DNA of 63,820 bases, filler included, from Platydemus manokwari (Eukaryota): the NCBI GenBank assembly GCA_037951405.1. It is 5 parts of 5 records of this genome, joined end to end, with 100 filler letters (N's around TTAATTAATTAA, not from the genome) between each part and the next. Parts side by side here need not be neighbours in the genome. Positions count along the whole stretch, not along the records: positions 54,218 to 63,820 come from JBBMOY011227210.1; 4 more parts are not named here. One strand, written 5' to 3'. How positions within the stretch are numbered: the first letter of the stretch is position 1; each line of letters opens with the position of its first letter. Of this stretch, positions 54,118 to 63,820 are shown in pieces. Below the pieces are notes generated by a model, which was not told the DNA's origin, did no database searches, and saw only the letters and a list, made by a program, of their open reading frames with translations. The translations under genes and the position numbers were made by a program.

Positions 54118-54217
54118 NNNNNNNNNNNNNNNNNNNNNNNNNNNNNNNNNNNNNNNNNNNNTTAATTAATTAANNNNNNNNNNNNNNNNNNNNNNNNNNN
54201 NNNNNNNNNNNNNNNNN
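54118..54217. other. Assembly gap with six-frame-stop linker
   Basis: 100 bp of N with TTAATTAATTAA. Confidence 0.98.
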
Positions 54218-55230
54218 CAGAACGGCCTCCCAACGGATGAAAAGCCATCTCACTTGACCTGTTAAAATCAACCACGATATCAAGCTGCAAACGAAGCACC
54301 TCTCTCTTGCACAGAAATCAATGTGGAACAAGCTGGACTCCATCCTGCATAATCTGATTGCTGTAAGGGAGACCATCTGCCAGGAAACTCAGGAAAATCA
54401 AAATTGACGTGGAGTTTTATAATCATCATATCGATGTCTTTCTCAAATTAACCGTGGACAAGGACAAGATGTATCATTTCAATTTTGATAATCAAGGAAA
54501 ATTATCGGACATATTGCATGACTCCATTGCTATGAATTTCTATTGCGAATGGGCAAAAATGAAAAAACAAGGAAGACTTGTCTACTGCTTCTCGACCAGT
54601 TATCTATCGCAGAAACCTCACTGGACACCAACATCGACACAAGCTCACCGGAATGTATTACTAAACTACGTCCGGATCTGATTATCAGAAACAAAGAGAA
54701 AAGGCACGTGCACATCATCGATCTGAAGATCCCCTTCGATATTAGTGAAAACTTTGATAAACACCGGATATTGAACTACGAAAAGTACCGATCATTTTCT
54801 TCAGAAATTAAAACGAAAAGCACATACGAAACCTCACTAGATGTACTCTGCATAGGAGTACTTGGCTCATGAGACCCCAGAAATAACAGGGTTCTCAACA
54901 ACATTGGTCTCGATAAACCGCAGATCACATACATCGTAGGTTTCCTGATTATAACTCTATTAAAAGACGCTAGTGTAACATACAAAGCGCATACTGATCA
55001 AAGAAAACTGAAAAAACCATCATGGAGTAAGGCTTTCAACCAACTGAACTCATCGACCAGGAACTGATAGATATCTATCGAACGAAACAAGAGAAAATTT
55101 GTAACAAGAATCTCAAAGAAGAATAATTCATTCAGAGAATGCTATTGTACACATTGTGTATTGATGTGAGGATATGTGCCACCGCATTGCCAAGAAAACT
55201 ATGTTTATGCATAATAGATTTTAGTATTTT
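54218..55230 (+). mobile_element. RLE-type non-LTR retrotransposon 3' end (R2/NeSL/Utopia-like), pseudogenised
   Basis: WAKMKKQG, then LRPDLIIRNKEKRHVHIIDLKIPFD..YEKY..IGVLGS*DPRN (restriction-like endonuclease; Trp codon mutated to TGA), then a probable 3' UTR. Confidence 0.88.
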
Positions 55231-58200
55231 TATTTTTATTTTTATTTTTCAAAAAACTAAACAGATTAGAAAGGTTTGAAATTTACTTTGAACAGCTCTG
55301 GTAATTGTGTATGGTCAATTAGGACGTGGAAAATTTCATATTAAGAAGAAATCACAACAAATTTTCCTACAAAGCGATGATAAAACACAAAATAAGATTC
55401 TATATCTAGTCGAGAATTTGAAAAGATATTCTTTATTGCTAGAATTAAAAAATATTTTTCATTTTCGACTATTTTACATGTTCACGCTCCAATTATTAGT
55501 ACGTTGTAATTTAAAATCTTTTCTTTCGTTTAAAATACACAGATATCATTTATTTTTTGAAAATTCCAAATTATTCTGTCAATGGAAAAACAATGCTTCG
55601 TTTTTCATTCTATCATAAAAGAGCTAAAGTACTAAAATGAAACTTATAATTTATTGAGTGTATTGCAAAAATCTATATAGTTTATTTAATTATATTTTTT
55701 CAATCCATTTTCAATTTTTGATTTAAGTATTTAAGAAGAATTTCAGTTGTTTGAAATCAAATTTCCTTTAAAATGTCATAAAATTTGATTATTTGAATAA
55801 CGGGTCAAAGTAGGTCAAATTCCAATTTATTGAAAATTAAAAAGGATCTCTTTTTAACATTATAAACAAATTTTCAGTGGTTTACTAAGTCGATTTGTAA
55901 TAAAATGAATTTAAATTTACAAAATCAAAAACTATGTAGATGGGTGAGATTAGAATAGAAACTTAGTTTTTTCAATTCTAATTAGTTTCCATTCGACATA
56001 ATAAAATGTGACCCAATAACTGAACTATATGAATTAATTAAATATCAAAAATATGGTTAAAAATTTCATAAAAAGGAAATATTTTTAAAAAAATATTATT
56101 TTATAAAATTTGCTAATATATTTCTTGTTGATGCTCCAAAGTCCGCACAAGACACACCCAGAGGAAAGATTCACAACGAAAATATAAAATTAATATTTCA
56201 AGTATTTTTTTTTTGCATTTTATTATCTATGAGTGAGGCCGGATCAATCATTATTTATTTTATTATTATCGAGTCTTATTGGAGATCTTATAAGGGCCTT
56301 CCAAATTTTGAATATCGATGCGGTACTGTTAAAAATTCGAAATTCTTCATCAATCCATCACAACGGCAAATTTAAAAGAATCGTTATCTCATATAATTTT
56401 TACATAAAATTAAAAGATTTTATAAAAATTAATTTTTCCATGAAATCTGAGACGAATATAATAAAAATTAAATTATCAAATTACCTAATATAAGACTAAA
56501 TAATAATTTTCACTCAATCAATGCAAATAGGTTTTTTTGAAAATATTTTTATTTCCTTAACACCCTCAAAGAGAATTTCCATTTTTACCCGATTGATCCA
56601 ACTAAAAGATCAGCATATCATTATGTCTGGTCATATTGCAATATAAAACAAATGCTATCAAAATTATAGAGCAGTGCATTGTAGTTTGGTTAATGGGCTA
56701 CATGATGCTGTGCCTTTTATTACTTCTTTTAATTTCAAACCAAATCATATTCTGATCTTTTTAAATATTTTAGATTCTATTTACAGAACCGAGAATACAT
56801 TAGATGCACCGGTAACCAATAAGAGAAATGTAAGAATAAATAATATTCATAGAAACTCATAAACATCAATAGCTTTTTATTATAACAAATTATTTTTCGC
56901 ATTTGTAAAATTATCTTAGCGGACTTGCTCGTCTTGTCTTCGGACTTGGAAAACCTAACCTATTAATGACTCAATCTTTACTTCCTATTCTCCTTGGGCG
57001 GTATTGATTATAACCATATCTAACCATATGGTTCAGTAAACATTTCAGATATTCTCCTGGACAGATCAGATTACAAATTTTCAACAATTAAAGTGAACAT
57101 ATCTCCCTGTTGAGTCCGATGGTAGGCGATGGTATTGACGATTCCGGAGTGATCGGTGCTCAGAAATGTGAAAGGTTGACTCCGGGACCCAAGAGACAAA
57201 CAACATCAAATGGTCCTGTTGTTCAGCCAATCGGATTCTCAACAATCTGACCTGGGTACCTGCGGACATATAGTGCAGATGAGTCCTCCAATTGATGAAA
57301 TTTCTGCCTATCCAGTAACATTTGTATGACTAGAAAACAATTTTTATCTTTTTTGTATTCTACAGCCAAGCATAATTTTGGCTGTACGTATACCTATCTT
57401 TTATATGTATATTATTATAAATATAATTTCTTAGGTTAAAGACCGTCAAAAGCAAATTGTAAGCGTTATGATATTTTTGTCTAAACCACTGACATTCTCA
57501 ATAACTTATCAGCCGAAAAACAAATTTCAATGTTATTATAACTCTTTACCAATATTCACTAGAACTTTTAATTCTCCATCATATAATTTCTATTGGTAGA
57601 TTTGAAGCCCGGCAGCTTCACTCAACTCCTGTTTCAATTTTCATAACATTAGTCACCAGGTTATCTCGAATATCCGTTACGTGTGATCAAAATTTTATAT
57701 ATTTTATTCGTCTTCAAACGCTTTAATGTTATTTCTGAGCTTCTCAATTTCAGTTAACAGTAAGTTATGTTAAATATTTGGCTCCTCAATTTTATTTTGC
57801 TCATCTTAGAGACATTATTGATTTCATCTAAATTCTGAAATGTTTATCCAAAACAAATTATCAACAAATACATTTACAAATTTCGAAACATCATCACAAT
57901 ACGGTTTTATTGGAATTTATCTCATATGTTTTACACAAGACCACAATCAAATACTTACTTACATTTTAGATGAACGTAACAGTTACCTCTACTTTTGTGC
58001 AATTAATTTTTCTAAAATGTAACTATCACCGTTCCAATCACATTCCAGTTGATGATATGTCATGCCACACGAAAGTATCATAAGAAATAAATATTTGAAA
58101 AACAAAAGTCAATCAATAAATTTATCGTGACAATACTATATCGATGTTTTCATTTGCGATATCATAAGCGATTAAAATTATATGATAGGCTTCTCTTAAA

Positions 58201-61200
58201 TGGCATTTGCGTATATCTTAAAACCCAGTGTTAAACAGAAAATTATTAATGAAAACAATGTTTGAAAAGTTGACAAAAAATTATAAAATTTTAAAATATC
58301 TTTACAAAAAATCCCACGTGGGTTACACGACCAAAGTACCAAAATATTTTACAAAATGTTATTAATGAAAACAAACACAAGATGATTCAAATAAAAAATT
58401 AAGAGCTCAAATCCCTCAAGATCTGTATCAATATTAAAAGTATTAGAAATTATTATGTTCAGCAGAGGTACAAGCAGAAGTCATGTTCAAATAAAGCATG
58501 CTATGCAATGATGACAACAATTTTTGTCCAATCCTTGCATCAATGTATATTAATATATTTTAGGAAGGATAACGAAGTGACGTAGACCGGTTGGACTTGA
58601 ACGTATAGGCGAATCAGAATCTAGACTAACATGAAAACATTAATAATTGATGTTTCATGTGATCATATTTTTTATCTTGATATTACTGTTAGGATATTGA
58701 TATAATACAGTGCATAAAACCAACAAGAAGTGTAATAACATTGCGTATCATATCTAAACATTATTATATTTATTTATAATTATATTTATATTATTATGTA
58801 AAAAAATATAATAAAAATAAGATAAGATAAGATATTAAGAATTTGAAATGAACCAATAATAATAAACCAATAAAAATAAATGAATGAGGTCCAACAATCA
58901 AAGACAAATTACGTGCATAGAATTACTAGAATAATAGACACAGAATCAGAGTAAATAACACAAAAAGTAAACGCTGAGATCTTGGATCGACTAAAACACG
59001 AGACGACAATAAGTATATACATTTTATAAATCACAAAAATACCAAAAAAAGAAATCATAAAATTGTTTTAATTAAATAAGATAATATTGATTATAAAAAT
59101 ATAAATAAGAAATAATAGCCCAGAATAAAAAGAAATATGTATTTAATCAACACAGAAAAATATTTTAAAAAATCAACAACAAACAAAACAGATTTAAAAA
59201 TACATTAAATTTGTTACGGTAGCAGAATGGAGAACAAATTCCAAGAATAACAATCACAATCTCAATTCTCTTCTTGATTCTCAGATTATCAGAAAGTAAT
59301 GGATAGTCCTCATTCCTCTCAATCCTCAAGCTATCAGCAGCTAGTCTCAACACAAGTTCAGGTCACACAGTTCCAACTGAAAGGTCGACATGGACGAATA
59401 AAAATATGAATTATCTAACATTATTTGATTGTCTGATCTTTCTGACAATTAATATTTTGAAATTTATGGATCAATTGATGTGTAAATTTTATTTTGGACA
59501 TTGATCTGACACCGTTATCGATTCTTTTTGTAATTGTTTAAATATTAGTTAATTATAATTAGATTTCTAAAGAATCTCAATGAATAAATATTGTATATAC
59601 ATTTTGTGCCACCAACATTATGAAATTTATAATAATAACTCGCTTTCTGAAATTGTGAAATCCATAATAAATAGTAAGTACAAAAGAAAAAAAATTGATG
59701 GTGAAAATAAAAGAAATAAAAAAGTTATTTATAATTTAAAAAAAATTATCACATGACTATTCATACCAATGAATGATACGGGAAATATTTTTAATACCAA
59801 CTAGCAAATTATTCACCTTTATGAATGTTAGTAGCAGCTACTTCGCTTGGAATTGATGTTTCAACAAAAGAAGTCATTTTCTTATTATTTATTCAATGCC
59901 AACACACAGTACAAACTTTTAAACAAATTAAAATTCATTTTCTGCAGAGATTCCATTATCAATCTTAATCAGGTATGGATAAAAATATTTAAGTCATTTA
60001 ATAATTATTTTATTTTAAATAATCAATATAAATTTTAAATTACTATTATTTATTTTTTAAAATTCAATAAATTATTTTAATTAAAAGATGTTATTAAATT
60101 TTTTATTTAAAATTATTTTTTAAAATTTTTTATTTAAAATTATTATAAGTTAATTTGAATTTTCCTCACAATTAATAATATGAGATTATTCACAACCAAA
60201 AAATTGTATATAAAGAATGATAAAATCAAAAATTTCGCTCAGCAATGACATCAAGCTTTGGGATCATTGTTAGTAAAGGCAAGCGATAACTTGATATAAA
60301 CAAATAATTGAGTGGAAATTTAAAATTCTTGTGGGAAAAATGTATAAATTAAACTTTCTTGTGTGACAACACCTATATTTTTGAACTCTATTAATATTTA
60401 TCAACATAACGGAGTTTCGTTATCAGAATTTCTCCTCACTGATAAAATTTTCTAACCGCTCCTGATTTGATCAACTTGAAACTAACATGTGATTGTTGTA
60501 GCAATTTGTCGATTTGAAACCTTTGGAATTAAAGAATAATTTTGAACAACTGCGAACCCTACCATTTAAAAAAGCACACACTGAAAACGAAATTTATATT
60601 AAAATACAATTATATATAAACAAATTAATATGATTTTATATAAAATTTGAATTAAATCTTTTTAAAAACTCAGTTCATTTAAAAATCCCCACATCTCCTT
60701 TCATTAGAATCGTTGATTTTATTTGTATTCTTTATCGTTTTACTTATTTATCTAGAGAAAAATCTCTAATTGTTCTATCTATTTTATATCCTTTATTGTA
60801 TCGCCTTTATATCTTCTCTACAGCTTCATTATATATTCTCAATATCTTCCTCCTTTCAATAATTTTCAGATATTGATGATTTGAAGTAAAAGCGTCCGAA
60901 GTAAAACACGCCGATTTTGTCAGACAAGCTAAGTATAAATATCATGCTATTATCGGTTAAAAATCATCAGATTGTAACAGAATTGAAATCCGGATAGCTA
61001 ATTAATCTAAGAATGAGTAAGCGGAGTTGGTTATAAATTAAGGTAATCAATTTTTACACACACATATATATGAGCACATGTAAATACTCATATACATATG
61101 AGAATACACTGGAATTAAAAGTTTAAGAATTGGTTTAGTTTCTGAATTTAAGATATGTTGAGATTTGAAAAATCGACAAAAAAAGAAAAATATTTGAATT

Positions 61201-63525
61201 GAAAAAAGGTATTCGTTTCTAGAAATATGGACTTCAATTTTCATACAGGTCCCAGGGCCTTGAAAATTAAATTATACAATGATTAAGTCTTTGGGCCTTT
61301 AAAATTAAAAAAAATCTACAAATAAATTTAGTCAATTTAAGATGGTAAAATATGGTAAAATAAATTGACCTAATGAAATAAAATTTCGTATCTCAACAGG
61401 CTAAGATCATATCGTGAATTGATGGTATTAAACGAATCGCTATAGATTAAAATAACCAAAAATTATTCAAATTTAAAAAGTAATTTTCTTGATTGATGTC
61501 TCGAGTATATTTTTGGCATGTTTTTCAATATTTTTTTAATTTCATCACTCATATTCTGAATGATAAATATTTCGTGGAACACTTACTTGGTAATAGAAGG
61601 AAAAATTTCATTAAAATAACCATAACAAAAAATTATATAAACAATTATTTATTTATACATTAACCATTTATCGAAACACTTGTGTAGAAAACATCAACAT
61701 TCAAATCAATATTTAAGATAAAAAATTGCTTATAAAGATTCGGTAAAAAGTAAAAATTTCGTCAGTGAAATCATTAATCTAACGAACAAAGGAATATTCG
61801 ATGATTTTTTTGATATTTCTATTATTCAACAATGAACCTCATCAAAAGATTTTATGAGTAGTTGGATTGACTTGAATTTAAAGTAATTAAATTTTCTCCT
61901 AATCTGCTTTCTGTAACAGCGACAAATCTCAAATATTCGATTTGAAAGGAAAAGAATTGAATATTTTTGAAAAATAAAGTTTGAACGATAATTTCATGCA
62001 CAAGCATTCGGGAACAAAAATTGAGCCGAGACATTTATATGTATTACTTGAGTAAAAAAAGTTTTGATATTCAAAATTTATCAAAATATCAAATACACTG
62101 AATCTCTTCAGTCAGAAATTTGCAGGCGATGATTGTGTTTAACTCATGGTTAATGTTCTGCTTTTAAAGATTTTAATAAGATTGATTGATTTATCAAGGT
62201 AGAATTGATCAATCCGTGTGAATATACCGTTCTATAGTCGTGTATTATCGCAATTTGAAGTCATTGGTCAATTATCGTGCTTGTATCACTACAAAATATA
62301 TGAATTATAGTTATTGTTAATAATCACGTGACTGTATGTATGCAAAATACCAAAGCAGGGGTTCCAAAGTGCCACAAGTTGTTACATTCATTGGAATCTT
62401 CCAAACTCGATATTATTATACTACATCTATAATGAAACAAAGAAAGAGACTGTAACACGTTATTGATATTTGTATGTTTCGAATTTATAAATCTTCAACT
62501 TCTGTTGAAATAGCGAAATATCAATTCGAAAGAGACAGTATACCGGTATGAAATAAAAACGTATGCCATTATTCCCAGAAATCCCATGTACAACTCATCC
62601 TTTATGTAACTAAGGAAAAATTTTATATTAAAATTCAGAACTAATATCTGATATTTTCATTAAATAAATTCATTACTAGCCAGTCTATATTCTATTTTTG
62701 AAATAAACCAGTTGATATTGAGACGGATTTTTATAAATTAATAAAAATGCTTTCAGTTATCATAATCTAATCAAATCTAATATATTACAAGGCTTCTCTA
62801 ATGAGATTAAATATATTGCATGGAACAGATAAAATCATGAAATTCCCGATCAATGATATCATTGGATTAAAATATAATATGAAATAAACATTAATCCTGA
62901 AAGATAAATTTGAAACTTTTGATTATCAATTTCCCTATCGTTTATTAATTATCTTTTTCAAATGAAATTTCTATGAATTTTTTAAGAAATTTTAAAATTA
63001 AATTTGTTATCTCGATATTGACAAACTTCACTTTGCTAAAATAGCATGTTGGAGCCCAACTCAGCTCAACAATAATTAAACTCAGCTTAGCAAAACCAGA
63101 TTGATGATTAATTTCCATCGCAATTCAATCCTATCGTAATTAGCACAAAATCAATTCCCAAATCCATTCTGTTTCAAGCCCGTGCTGTTATAATAAACGC
63201 TGAATAATAATTGATTATGACCTGATATTTTATCAAAAATTGTTTTGTGCAACGACATTGTTATAAATACGTTATATTCTTAACATAATTTCTAATTCGA
63301 AATGTAATTACTAATTCGAGAAGATAGTCGATATAATTGTTGATCAATAATCAATTGGGAAAAAAAATTAATGTACTTACCAGGATTTATTATAATTATC
63401 TACGAACTTGCGGGTAGAAAAACAGTAAGATTAATGCCTAATAATTATTTTATACATTATTAGTTAATAATCATTTATATCAATATTAATGCTGTTATCA
63501 TATTTTAATTTAAAAAATCTACCTA

Positions 63526-63820
63526 CCGTAATCACCCAAGTAAAATGCTCCCATTTTCGTCTCAAATTTCAACATTAAAAATGGAGGGAGTATTATACTT
63601 GAGTACGTAAGACAGATCGAATTATGTAATGATTATGTATGTTTATTAACAATTTTTAAACGACAATCATTCTGATCCCCCAGCAAGCATGACTGACACG
63701 CCAGAATTTAAAAGAAAGAGATCTTGTTCTGAAGTTTCCTTCGAGCTTAAAGTCATAAACTTTGCAGAAGCAAATGGTAACTGGGCTGCTTCCAGAGAAT
63801 TCACAATTCCGCAGACAAAT
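63526..63820 (+). mobile_element. pogo-family (POGK-like) transposon left end and Brinker-type DNA-binding domain start
   Basis: TA|CCGTA terminus; internal inverted repeat 63534-63552/63586-63604 (16/19 match); ORF from ATG 63689 MTDTPEFKRKRSCSEVSFELKVINFAEANGNWAASREFTIPQTN, open to the window end. Confidence 0.8.

Noticed and set aside
11481-54217. Recurrent palindrome TTAATTAATTAA inside N runs
   Set aside because: Artificial six-frame-stop linker in 100-bp gaps. Adjacency across gaps is therefore unverified.
54870-54872. TGA at a conserved Trp position suggesting an alternative genetic code
   Set aside because: Lies in a decayed TE. Host genes use TGG for Trp and TGA as stop (RIB43A, PAF1).
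57081-57269. ORF with RQYHRLP resembling an LTR-retrotransposon RT
   Set aside because: Single weak motif with no supporting flanking motifs.
55300-62100. Scattered 60-100 aa ORFs
   Set aside because: F/I/K/N/L-rich chance ORFs in AT-rich DNA, without splice structure or motifs.

Overview
Very AT-rich (roughly 25-30% GC by eye) animal genomic DNA, not prokaryotic. Genes carry tiny GT-AG introns, mostly 39-54 bp, and four 100-bp N gaps each contain a TTAATTAATTAA linker. The style suggests a compact invertebrate genome such as an orthonectid (inference only). Genes reconstructed by hand: Pur-alpha (+, 2123-2954); a 25-exon type IV collagen chain (+, 27247-33621, about 1760 aa); an orphan gene with a possible histone fold (+, 33755-34225); RIB43A/RIBC (-, 38209-39483); PAF1 (+, 39962-41600); LIN52 (-, 41652-42144, absent from the ORF track); and the 5' part of an NSD-family methyltransferase (+, 51109-53967, cut by a gap). 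Intergenic DNA is largely decayed transposons: Penelope-like, APE-type and RLE-type non-LTR, pogo/Tigger, mariner and hAT. The strongest observations are a collagen IV helix almost devoid of proline and dominated by Gly-X-Lys, a LIN52 with a canonical LxCxE motif, the orphan histone-fold candidate, and RFX X-box-like sites. I found no CRISPR array, RNA gene or demonstrably new multi-gene system; all novelty claims are hypotheses.
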